Made by a program: the position numbers and the translations under genes | In this document: positions 47,715 to 56,075 of the stretch, piece by piece | Position numbering within the stretch: position 1 is the first letter of the stretch | Layout of the letters: every line of letters begins with the position of its first letter | Source: a bacterium | GTDB taxonomy: Bacteria; Krumholzibacteriota; Krumholzibacteriia; LZORAL124-64-63 | Direction: 5' to 3' | Assembly: GCA_043823125.1 (NCBI GenBank) | Contig: JBDRBC010000479.1 | Span: 1 to 58,185, forward strand | DNA: 58,185 nucleotides | The notes under the pieces: generated by a model | Told to the model about the DNA's origin: nothing | The model's database searches: none | What the model saw: only the letters and a program-made list of their open reading frames with translations

Positions 47715-48841
47715 CTGGTCATCTCCTTGGCGATTATCAGTTTCAGTATCTCGCTGGTGCCGCCGCCATACAGGGTGAAGCGGATGTCCCGGAAATACCG
47801 TTGCACCGGATACTCCATGGCATACCCGTAAGAAGCAAAGATCCGGGTGGCCTGATCACAGAGGCCGACAGCTGCCTCGGTGGCGAACAGCTTGGCCATG
47901 GCGGCCTCCTGGACATGGGCCTGGCCCGTGTCGAGAAGCCAGGCCGCCCGGTACACGAGCTGGGTTGCCGCCGCGAGATCAGTACCCATCTCGGCCAGTT
48001 TGAACTGAATGGCCTGGAATCGATTGATCGGGCGGCCGAATTGCTGTCGCTGGGCGGCGTACGCCACCGAATCGTCGAGTGCGGCCCGGGCGACTCCGAG
48101 GGCCAGCGCTCCGGTCATGATCCGGATCTGGGCCAGGAGCTTGCGCAACTCGACTTCGCCCTGCCCCTCGGCGCCCAGTCGGTGGTGTACGGGCACGCTA
48201 CAGTCATCGAGTGAGAGCTCGGAGGTGGGCAAGGCCCAGACACCCATCTTCTCGATCTCCCTGCCGATCCGCAGCCCGGGCGTCTCGCTTCCGACCAGAA
48301 AGATGGTCAGCTGCTCTTCCTCGCCCACGCGGGCAAAGACCGTGAAAAAGTCGGCAACCGGCGCGGCGGTGATCCACATCTTCTGCCCATTGAGCAGATA
48401 GCCATCCTGGTGACGAACCGCCGTGGTGGAGATGGCGGACAGATCACTCCCGGCATCGGGTTCGGTGATGCAGATGGCGCCGATCTTTTCTCCGCGCAGA
48501 GCCGGTTCGAACCAGCGCGCCTGCAGGTCCAGGTCGCCCAAGGTGAACAGGAAATGGGTTCCCATGAGTGATTGCATGGCCGCGGCGGCGGCCAGCGAGA
48601 GCGAACCCCGGGCGATCTGCTCGATGGCCAGACAGTAGGAGACGAAGTCCAGACCCGAACCGCCCACCGACTCCGGATAACGCAGCCCGAAGAAGCCCAG
48701 GTCGCCGAGCTGGGTCATGAGCTGGCGGGGATACGACTTCGCCTCGTCTATCTCGGCGGCCACCGGCTTGATCCTCTCGTCGCAGAAACGTACGAAGGTA
48801 TCTCGCACGAGTCGCTGTGGCTCGTTCAGGGCAAAATCCAC
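47711..48841 (-). CDS. acyl-CoA dehydrogenase
   Basis: I prefer the GTG at 48841 (VDFALNEPQRLVRD, preceded by GGGAGGAG) over the track ATG at 48874. Contains CITEPDAGSDLSAI and YPVQRYFRDIRFTLYGGGTSEI. Confidence 0.9.
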   Translation of the reverse strand: MDFALNEPQRLVRDTFVRFCDERIKPVAAEIDEAKSYPRQLMTQLGDLGFFGLRYPESVGGSGLDFVSYCLAIEQIARGSLSLAAAAAMQSLMGTHFLFTLGDLDLQARWFEPALRGEKIGAICITEPDAGSDLSAISTTAVRHQDGYLLNGQKMWITAAPVADFFTVFARVGEEEQLTIFLVGSETPGLRIGREIEKMGVWALPTSELSLDDCSVPVHHRLGAEGQGEVELRKLLAQIRIMTGALALGVARAALDDSVAYAAQRQQFGRPINRFQAIQFKLAEMGTDLAAATQLVYRAAWLLDTGQAHVQEAAMAKLFATEAAVGLCDQATRIFASYGYAMEYPVQRYFRDIRFTLYGGGTSEILKLIIAKEMTR

Positions 48842-49335
48842 TACTCCCGCTCCTCCCAGAATTGCCGCAGGCAACCGCCCCCGCCGCCGGGTAGAGATTC
48901 GACGGTCGAGACCCGCAAGGAAGTTCCCAGCGCCGAATTGATCGCCTTCACGACGACCTGCAGAAAATGATCACACCCCGCGAGGTCCTCGGCCAGCAGG
49001 TTCTCACGCTGGTGCCAATCGAACCAAGGGCAGCTGTGGTGCCGCACCTGGCAGCGGCCATCGGCCGAATTCTCGATCACTTCCGCTTCCTCGCCCATGA
49101 CCACGCTGCTGGACACGAACAGCGCGGCCACCTGTTCGGCGACATCCCCGTCGGCATCGATCTGGCGTAGATAGTAACTCGCCGTGTCCCGGCCGACCTC
49201 GTCCCAGTACCGGTTGACGAGTTCCCCGGGATCGAGTCCGGGATTCAGGGCCAGAGCGGCGCGGCGCCACTGGAAATGGGACGCGCGCATGATGGTGGCC
49301 AGCACCTCGAATCTTCTCTCTGCTTCCATGGTCAT
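48841..49335 (-). CDS. small conserved-looking protein of unknown function (Cys/His/Trp motif CPWFDWH...GCDHF)
   Basis: 164 aa, with an ATGA overlap to the upstream hyuB-like stop and its stop overlapping the ACAD start. From memory only, it faintly resembles the ATC-hydrolase-type family found near hydantoinases. Confidence 0.5.
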   Translation of the reverse strand: MTMEAERRFEVLATIMRASHFQWRRAALALNPGLDPGELVNRYWDEVGRDTASYYLRQIDADGDVAEQVAALFVSSSVVMGEEAEVIENSADGRCQVRHHSCPWFDWHQRENLLAEDLAGCDHFLQVVVKAINSALGTSLRVSTVESLPGGGGGCLRQFWEERE

Positions 49336-51062
49336 CGGTTCCTCAACTGGTTGGTGGTTTTCGGGTCGAGTTCGTGGGTCGCGGCATCGACGGCAACCCC
49401 GTACAGCTCACGGGCGGCGGCGGCGGAGATGATCCCGTTTTTCACCTCGGCGGCGACGAGCTCCGCCGGACGTTTCCTGGCATCGCCATACCCGCCGCCA
49501 CCGCCGGCAAGCTGGCGGTACACCGTTCCCCTGGGGATCCCGGTGATGATGTCGAGGCTCAGAGTGGGGTTGACCGTGCCGTCGGCATACTGGAGCTTGA
49601 CCGAATTCAAGGTCCCGTCACCACCCCCGTGCAAGCCAAAAGCCGGCTCCACATCACCGTCGCCGAACACCACCAGCTGGGTATCGTCGGCGCCGAACTC
49701 GAAGATGGTCTCGACCCCGAGTCCCCCCCGCCACTGCCCGCAACCGGCGGAGTCACAGAGGTATTCGTGCTTGTGGAGCAGGTGCGGAGTCTGCTGTTCG
49801 AACATCTCGTAATCCTGATCGAGCAAGCCCCCGGAAGCGTCGATCATGCCGATGTGATCGTAACCGTCGACCCCCTGCATGGCCCCGGAACCGCCTTTCA
49901 ATCCCATGAAGCAGATGTCCACGTACTTGTCCTGCTTGCGGGGATCCAGGCCGGTGGTCAACGAGCACAGCAGGTGATTCCAGCCGGCGGTGACGCGCTC
50001 GGGAATCGCGGCTTCCAGAGCGCGAGAGATCGCATCCGCATTGGCTGGACAGAGGTGGTTGCCGTAGGTGGTGGCGGCCGGGTAGGCGGCATTCAGAATG
50101 GTGCCTTCGGGAATGATGATCTCGATCGGCTGCACCATACCCTGGTTGTGCGGAATATCCGGGTTGACCATCTGCAGGAAGGTCAAGGTGGTGGCCGAGG
50201 CGCTGGAGGTGTAGGTGCCGTTGACGAAGGCATCGGATTGCGGGTCGGTCCGCGAGTAGTCGAATCGGATGCGCCTGTCCGCCACGGTGATCTCCACCCG
50301 TATGGTGTACTGCCGACCGTGGTTCTTGCCGTCGTAGTAGATGATCGCCTCCCCGTGGTACACCCCGTTGGGAATGGCGGCGATCTCGGCTTCCATCATC
50401 CTGCTGGTGGCGGCGAACAGTGCTTCCTTGTGGCGCTCGAAGCAGGCGACTCCGTACTTCTCCAGCAGCTGGAGCAGGCGTCTTTCGCCCACGACACAGG
50501 AACCGATCTCGGCGCGCATGTCCTCCGCCACGATATCGAAGCGAATGTTGGCGAAGATGAGATCCCACACGTCCTGGCGGAGTTTCCCCCGCTCGTACAC
50601 CTTCACCGGCGGGATCCGCAACGCTTCCTGCCAGACCTCGGTCGCGTTGGGATTGTACCCGCCCGCAACGGCACCGCCGATGTCCGCCTGGTGCCCCTTG
50701 CAGGCCGACCAGGCCACGAGCTTGTCCGCGTGGAAAATCGGCTTGTAGACCGCGACATCGTTATTCTGGTTGCCCATGCTGAAGACGTCGTTGTGAAAGA
50801 TGACATCACCGGGATGGATGTCTTCACCGAAATAGTCGCAGATGTACTTGCAGACCGGACCGAGGGAAAAGGACAGAATGGGCAGGTTCTCGGTCTGTTC
50901 TAGCATGTTGCCCCGGGCATCGTACAGGCCGGTCACGAAGTCCTTGGCCTCGCACAGAATCGGTGACCGGGTGGTCTTCTGCAGCGAGATGCTCATTTCG
51001 TCCGTGACGGACTTGAACGCTCGCGCGAACACCGACAGCAGAATGGGATCGACATCGGGCAT
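49332..51062 (-). CDS. hyuB: hydantoinase B / oxoprolinase-family protein
   Basis: ATG at 51062, after GGAGG, gives MPDVDPILLSVFARAFKSVTDEMSISLQKTTRSPILCEAKDFVTGLYD, the typical HyuB N-terminus. 576 aa. Confidence 0.9.
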   Translation of the reverse strand: MPDVDPILLSVFARAFKSVTDEMSISLQKTTRSPILCEAKDFVTGLYDARGNMLEQTENLPILSFSLGPVCKYICDYFGEDIHPGDVIFHNDVFSMGNQNNDVAVYKPIFHADKLVAWSACKGHQADIGGAVAGGYNPNATEVWQEALRIPPVKVYERGKLRQDVWDLIFANIRFDIVAEDMRAEIGSCVVGERRLLQLLEKYGVACFERHKEALFAATSRMMEAEIAAIPNGVYHGEAIIYYDGKNHGRQYTIRVEITVADRRIRFDYSRTDPQSDAFVNGTYTSSASATTLTFLQMVNPDIPHNQGMVQPIEIIIPEGTILNAAYPAATTYGNHLCPANADAISRALEAAIPERVTAGWNHLLCSLTTGLDPRKQDKYVDICFMGLKGGSGAMQGVDGYDHIGMIDASGGLLDQDYEMFEQQTPHLLHKHEYLCDSAGCGQWRGGLGVETIFEFGADDTQLVVFGDGDVEPAFGLHGGGDGTLNSVKLQYADGTVNPTLSLDIITGIPRGTVYRQLAGGGGGYGDARKRPAELVAAEVKNGIISAAAARELYGVAVDAATHELDPKTTNQLRNR

Positions 51063-51066
51063 CTCG

Positions 51067-53181
51067 TCACCTCCCCCCGGTCGTGGCCGCTCCGGCGACC
51101 AGATCTTCCCGCCCCCTGAGGTGGACGGCGAAGGAACCGCTGGCATCGCAGAGACAGTCGAAGGCCGAACTCAGGAACAACGTCGTGTTGGTCTGTTCGA
51201 TGATGGCCGGACCCGCGATCCGAAAACCGAAACGGATCCGGTGACCGTCGTAAACCGGGACGGTCTCGAAGGATGAGGATTCGGGCAGATAGACCGCCCG
51301 GTTCCCTTTCCGGGCCACGGCGGGATCGTGGCCCGCGTACTCCTCGGCTTCGTAGGTCGGCTTCTCGATGACACCGACCGCCCGCAAGCGCACGTTGATC
51401 AACTCGACCGGCGTACCTTCCCGTTCGAGGGAGTAACCATACAACCGGTTGTGTTCGTGGTGGAACGCGTTCACGATCTGATCGAGATCGGCCTGGGCCA
51501 CCGCCGACCTGGGCAGCGGGAACGAGACCTCGTGATACTGCTTGACGTAGCGGCAATCCAGGTGCAGCTGGAACTCCCGGTTTTCCCGGGGGACCTTCTC
51601 CTCCGCCAGCAGCCGCTCGCCTTCTGCGATCAACTCGTTGACGACCGCCTGGAGCCGGGACCAGTCGATCCGCTCGAGCACCGTGACGAACGAGCGGACA
51701 AAATCGTGTCGCAGATCACTCATGAGCATGCCCGCCGCGCAGAAGATCGACGATTCCCGCGGCACGACGAACATGGGGATCTCCAGCTCCTGGCAGATGG
51801 GACAGGCGTGCAGCGGACCGGCCCCACCGGCAACCACCATCAGAAACTCGCGCGGATCGTAACCACGCTTGATGGTGATTTCACGAACCCCTTGCGCCAT
51901 GTTGGTATTGATCACCTGGTACATGCCCGCCGCCGCCGCCGTCGTGGACAAGCTGAGCGGGTCGGCGATGAAACGGTCGATGGCGGCGCTGGCGGCGCCC
52001 GTTTCGAGCGCGATCTTGCCGCCGGCGAAGTACTCGGGATCGAGGTACCCCAGAACCAGATCCGCGTCGGTGCAGGTCGGTCGGGTGCCACCCTTGCCGT
52101 AGCAGGCAGGCCCCGGATCGGCACCGGCACTCTGCGGTCCCATCCGCAACAATCCCCCTTCATCGATCCAGCCGATACTGCCGCCGCCAGCGCCGATGGT
52201 CACGATGCCCAGCATCGGCAAGGCGATCCGATATCGATTGATCTCTCCCTCGGTCGCCACGATGGGATTGCCATCGCGAACCAGGGCGGCGTCGAAACTG
52301 GTGCCGCCCATGTCGACGGTGATGCAGTCCTCGCGCCCATGGACGCGGGCGTAGGACAACCCGGCGCCAGGACCGGCCGCCGGTCCGGAGAGCAACGTCA
52401 AGGCGGCCCCCCGACGCGCCACCTCGGGCGCCATAACCCCACCATTCGACTGCATGATCAGCAGGATGCCTCGAAAACCGATCTCGCGCAGACGGTCACG
52501 CAGGCTGTCCATGTAGAGACCGAGTTGCGGCCCGACGTACGAGTTCAAAACCGTGGTGCTGAGCCGATCGTAGAATCGGATCGAGGGCAGGAGTTCCGAG
52601 GACACCGTCAGGTAGGCGTCGGGCAACTGTTCTCGCACCTGCGCCGCCGCTTGCTGCTCGTGCTCCTGATTGGCGAAGGAGTTCATGAAGCAGATGGCGA
52701 CCGCTGCGACCTGCTCTTCACGAAAATAATCGATGGCTCGCTGGACATCGTCTTGATTTAGCGGATCAACCGGGTCGCCTCGATAATCCAGGCGGCCCCG
52801 GATCGGCAGTCGGAGGTACCGTGGCACCAGGGGAGGAACGTTGGTGTAGCGGTTGTTGTACTGCTCCTCGCGGATACCCCGGCGCATCTCCAGCGCATCG
52901 CGCACCCCGGCAGTGGTCAGCAATCCCGTCTTGGCCCCGGTCATGGTCAAGGCGGCGTTGGTGGTCACGGTGGTACCGTGGACGATCGTCTCGATGGAGG
53001 TCGCCAATTCCGTCAGGGAGAGTCCCAGAAACGTCGCGATCTCGGTCAGCCCATCGATCAGGCCGATGGCCGGATCCTGGGGCGTGGAGAGCACCTTGAA
53101 GACCAGCGGCTCCGAGTCGTCCTGCGTGACCAGGAAGTCGGTGAAAGTCCCCCCGACGTCTGTACCGATTTTCAGAGGCAT
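51067..53181 (-). CDS. hyuA: hydantoinase A / oxoprolinase-family protein (ATP-dependent, ASKHA fold)
   Basis: ATG at 53181 gives MPLKIGTDVGGTFTDFLV. 704 aa, with a second ASKHA block ITVDMGGTSFDAALV. The 911-aa track ORF is an upstream read-through of the same frame. Confidence 0.9.
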   Translation of the reverse strand: MPLKIGTDVGGTFTDFLVTQDDSEPLVFKVLSTPQDPAIGLIDGLTEIATFLGLSLTELATSIETIVHGTTVTTNAALTMTGAKTGLLTTAGVRDALEMRRGIREEQYNNRYTNVPPLVPRYLRLPIRGRLDYRGDPVDPLNQDDVQRAIDYFREEQVAAVAICFMNSFANQEHEQQAAAQVREQLPDAYLTVSSELLPSIRFYDRLSTTVLNSYVGPQLGLYMDSLRDRLREIGFRGILLIMQSNGGVMAPEVARRGAALTLLSGPAAGPGAGLSYARVHGREDCITVDMGGTSFDAALVRDGNPIVATEGEINRYRIALPMLGIVTIGAGGGSIGWIDEGGLLRMGPQSAGADPGPACYGKGGTRPTCTDADLVLGYLDPEYFAGGKIALETGAASAAIDRFIADPLSLSTTAAAAGMYQVINTNMAQGVREITIKRGYDPREFLMVVAGGAGPLHACPICQELEIPMFVVPRESSIFCAAGMLMSDLRHDFVRSFVTVLERIDWSRLQAVVNELIAEGERLLAEEKVPRENREFQLHLDCRYVKQYHEVSFPLPRSAVAQADLDQIVNAFHHEHNRLYGYSLEREGTPVELINVRLRAVGVIEKPTYEAEEYAGHDPAVARKGNRAVYLPESSSFETVPVYDGHRIRFGFRIAGPAIIEQTNTTLFLSSAFDCLCDASGSFAVHLRGREDLVAGAATTGGR

Positions 53182-53864
53182 GACTTTATCTCGATCTGAT
53201 CGAGCGCTTCGCCGAAGACGACTCCGCTGCGAAAGGCCCGCTGGTTCAGTTCCGCCAGCTGGGGCGGAACGGTTTTCATGGTCGTATCCAGAAAATCCTG
53301 CGCGGCGTAGGGCAACAGGCCGCTGCCGAAGAGACACCCCAGCATGACCACATTGAGGGTCTGGATCGCCCCCGCTTCCTTGGCCAGCGCGGTGGCATCC
53401 ACCGTCACCAGGAAAGCCGTGACCGCACGAATTGTCTCGAACAGTTGCGGCACACTCGGATACTCGGTCGGACCGTCTTCGAACACGAAGTTCTGCGCCA
53501 GAATGAAGGGAAAAACCGGTATCGGGTTCATGAAAACGACGGTTTTGGTGGTGATATACGGCAAGGCCCGAACCGTTTCGATCGGCTCGAGTCCGAGCAC
53601 GAAATCGGCGCCGCACCGTCCGAGGACCGGGCTGATGCCGCTGTCGATGGTGACCAGGGATTGCACCGCCCCGCCCCGCTGTGCCATGCCGTGGAGCTGG
53701 CTGCTCATGACCTGGTGTCCACGCGAGACGAAAAAATCCGTCAACAGGCGCGCCGAGGTGATCACACCCTGGCCACCGGTGCCGGCAACCACAATACGGC
53801 ACCCGGTTCGTTCCGGAGAAACCTGCTCAGTACTGGACACTTTCACCCACCTGTCGGATGGCAT
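53172..53864 (-). CDS. iorB: indolepyruvate:ferredoxin oxidoreductase beta subunit (start uncertain: ATG 53864, GTG 53846 or 53840)
   Basis: RIVVAGTGGQGVITSARLL...QLHGMAQRGGAVQS is the pyruvate/ketoisovalerate oxidoreductase gamma-type domain typical of IorB. 10-nt overlap with the hyuA start. Confidence 0.8.
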   Translation of the reverse strand: MPSDRWVKVSSTEQVSPERTGCRIVVAGTGGQGVITSARLLTDFFVSRGHQVMSSQLHGMAQRGGAVQSLVTIDSGISPVLGRCGADFVLGLEPIETVRALPYITTKTVVFMNPIPVFPFILAQNFVFEDGPTEYPSVPQLFETIRAVTAFLVTVDATALAKEAGAIQTLNVVMLGCLFGSGLLPYAAQDFLDTTMKTVPPQLAELNQRAFRSGVVFGEALDQIEIKSCL

Positions 53865-55713
53865 CCTTGTTACACACCTGGGCACACAGTCCGCACCCGT
53901 CGCAGTTTTTCTGATCGATGGCGTACTCGCCGTCAGCCACGAAGATGCTGGGACACCCCAGCAAACGCACACACAACGAGCATTCGTCGCAGAGTTCCGG
54001 TTCGATGCGGAACGGGGCCTGTTCCTCCGCACTACCGAGTCGGCGTTGATAAACCCGACACGGCGAGTTGAAGATAACCACGTTGGGGCCGGTGGCGTCG
54101 CGAGCCTGTTTGAGTTGCTCTCGGGCTGACTCCAGCTCGTATGGGTCCAGCACGTGGATGTCGGTGACACCGAGTCCGCGGACGGCTTGTGCCAGAGGAT
54201 CATCCGTTCCGGCCGCCGGAGAAGCAGTCGGCGCCGACTCGACAGCGATAACCGCCGACATCGGGCTGGGCTGGAAACCGGTCATGGCGGTGACGTAATT
54301 GTTCAGGATGCACACGGTCACCGGATCGTTGTTCTGAACAGCGTTGGCCAGCGCCGGCAGACCGCTGTGATAGAAGGTCGAATCGCCGATGTAAGCCACC
54401 GTCCGCTGACCGGTCACCCTGGCGAAACCGGCCGCCATGCTGATACTCGCCCCCATGCAGAGCAACAGATCACAGGAATGAAGCGGTGTCCCGTACCCGA
54501 GGGTGTAACAACCGATATCGTTCACGTAGACGGTCTGCTTGCCAAAGACCCGGCGCATCAGATAGAAGCTCGCCCGATGGGGACAGCCCGGACAGAGAAC
54601 CGGTGGGCGGGCCGGCAGATCGGGCACTTCCGGGGTGGCGACCACGGACGGTCCCAGCTGCAGATATTGACGGATGGCATCCTCGACCAGGTTGGGACTG
54701 TACTCGAACTCCAGCGGGAAGTGCCCGCTATGTTTGCCGTAAATAGGAATCGTCAACCCAGCCCGGTACGCTGACAGGGTGACCGTCTCCTCGACAAAGG
54801 GAGTCAACTCCTCCACCACCAGCACCGATTCGACACTGGACAAGAAATCGCGGAGAACTCTTTCGGGAACGGGATACGCACCGATCTGGAGCAGGGATAC
54901 CCGGTCGCCGACCCCGAGTTCATCGATGACCTGTGACGTATAGGCCCAGGCCACACCACTGGCGATGAGGCCGAGTTTGCCCGTCCCCCGCCGCGGGAAA
55001 AAATCCGATCCCGCCAGGAGCGATTGCGCCAAGGCGAACCGTTTGCTGAGATCCAGACGGAGACTCCGCACATTGGCCGGGATGGGCACCCGCCGGCCAA
55101 AATCCTTGGTGAGGAGAATTTCGTTTCTCTGGGCGGGAATCGATCCGAGTTCGACCATACCACTGACATGGCACACCCGGGTTGTCGGCCGCATCAGCAC
55201 CGGTAACCGGGTCTGTTCAGAAAACGCGAAGGCGAAGCGTGTCATGCGCAAGGCATCGGCGGGAGTAGCGGGATCGAAGATCGGATAGAAGAGAAAACGG
55301 GAGAATTGTCGTTGGTCCTGTTCGTTGGGACTCGTGATGGCCGAAGGATCTCCGGCCGTCACGATCACCAGACCGCCATCGACGCCCACATAAGGCATCG
55401 AAGCCGCCGGATCGCCGGCGTAGTTGAATCCGAGATGTTTCATGCCGCACATGGACCGGGCACCGGTCAAACTCGCCGCGAAGGCGATCTCGAGGGCGTT
55501 TTTCTCGTTGATCGAATACTCGAAAATAATGTCCGTTTCCGCGGCGATGCGGGCAAATGTGTCACCCACCTCGGAAGACGGTGTGCCGGGATAACACGAG
55601 TAGAACTGTACCCCGGCCTCAAGCGCTCCCCGGACAATGGCGTGATTGCCGAGCAAACAGGTTACCGTTCCTGCATCACCCCGCAGGACTTCAGGTCGTG
55701 CTGAACCGCTCAT
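53827..55713 (-). CDS. iorA: indolepyruvate:ferredoxin oxidoreductase alpha subunit
   Basis: 628 aa. N-terminal LLGNHAIVRGALEAGVQFYSCYPGTPSSEV, a TPP motif GDSTFYHSG...NN, and two C-terminal ferredoxin motifs (CDECSLCVRLLGCP, CDGCGLCAQVC). Confidence 0.85.
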   Translation of the reverse strand: MSGSARPEVLRGDAGTVTCLLGNHAIVRGALEAGVQFYSCYPGTPSSEVGDTFARIAAETDIIFEYSINEKNALEIAFAASLTGARSMCGMKHLGFNYAGDPAASMPYVGVDGGLVIVTAGDPSAITSPNEQDQRQFSRFLFYPIFDPATPADALRMTRFAFAFSEQTRLPVLMRPTTRVCHVSGMVELGSIPAQRNEILLTKDFGRRVPIPANVRSLRLDLSKRFALAQSLLAGSDFFPRRGTGKLGLIASGVAWAYTSQVIDELGVGDRVSLLQIGAYPVPERVLRDFLSSVESVLVVEELTPFVEETVTLSAYRAGLTIPIYGKHSGHFPLEFEYSPNLVEDAIRQYLQLGPSVVATPEVPDLPARPPVLCPGCPHRASFYLMRRVFGKQTVYVNDIGCYTLGYGTPLHSCDLLLCMGASISMAAGFARVTGQRTVAYIGDSTFYHSGLPALANAVQNNDPVTVCILNNYVTAMTGFQPSPMSAVIAVESAPTASPAAGTDDPLAQAVRGLGVTDIHVLDPYELESAREQLKQARDATGPNVVIFNSPCRVYQRRLGSAEEQAPFRIEPELCDECSLCVRLLGCPSIFVADGEYAIDQKNCDGCGLCAQVCNKDAIRQVGESVQY

Positions 55714-55961
55714 TGCCGATCTTTCGGGATTTGCAGAGGTGGGGAAAACTGCCGTAAGCAGATCCGCGTCGACTCATGGGGTGGCTCCGGTCCGAGAAGG
55801 ATAGAGGTCCACCCGGATGTCTGAATCGTCACGCGATTACCGTGATGTCGAGGCACAGTTGCATGGGGCCGCCGGTACGGATCTGTTGAGCATCCGGTCG
55901 CGCCCACCTGGTGACGTAGCGATTCAGCGATCCGAGTTATGGACAATCGCGAGCACGATCG

Positions 55962-55990
55962 ATCATATGGGCGAGGCAAATATTATTCAA
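55962..55990 (-). promoter_or_regulatory. candidate sigma70 promoter for the iorA operon (TTGAAT-N17-TATGAT)
   Basis: On the minus strand, TTGAAT (55990-55985), a 17-nt spacer, then TATGAT (55967-55962), in the only A/T-rich patch of the 362-nt tnaA-iorA gap. This implies a ~240-nt leader. Confidence 0.35.
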
Positions 55991-56075
55991 TTGCTAAGTT
56001 GCATCGAGTGGTCGGTGGCCCAGTCAGCCGCCGGCCCGTCCCCACCAAGCAGCAGGCGCAGGCATCCTCTGGGGG

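Noticed and set aside
48841-53181. Interpreting HyuA/HyuB plus the small ORF as an acetone/acetophenone carboxylase (beta, alpha, gamma).
   Set aside because: The HyuB-type subunit is ~576 aa, the hydantoinase/oxoprolinase size, not the ~770 aa of the acetone carboxylase alpha subunit. The small ORF lacks the gamma-subunit CxC...CxxC zinc pattern as I remember it.
51067-53802. The 911-aa track ORF read as a single giant hydantoinase, and the 343-aa ORF 53172-54203 read as a long IorB.
   Set aside because: The N-terminal extensions are Arg/Pro-rich junk that overlaps the preceding genes. The canonical family N-termini (MPLKIGTDVGGTFTDF for HyuA; ...RIVVAGTGGQGV for IorB) begin at internal starts placed right at the upstream stops.
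55710-55979. 89-aa minus-strand ORF filling the tnaA-iorA gap.
   Set aside because: It has no RBS, an Arg/Pro/His-rich composition, starts upstream of the candidate promoter and ends by overlapping the iorA start. It is more plausibly non-coding leader sequence.
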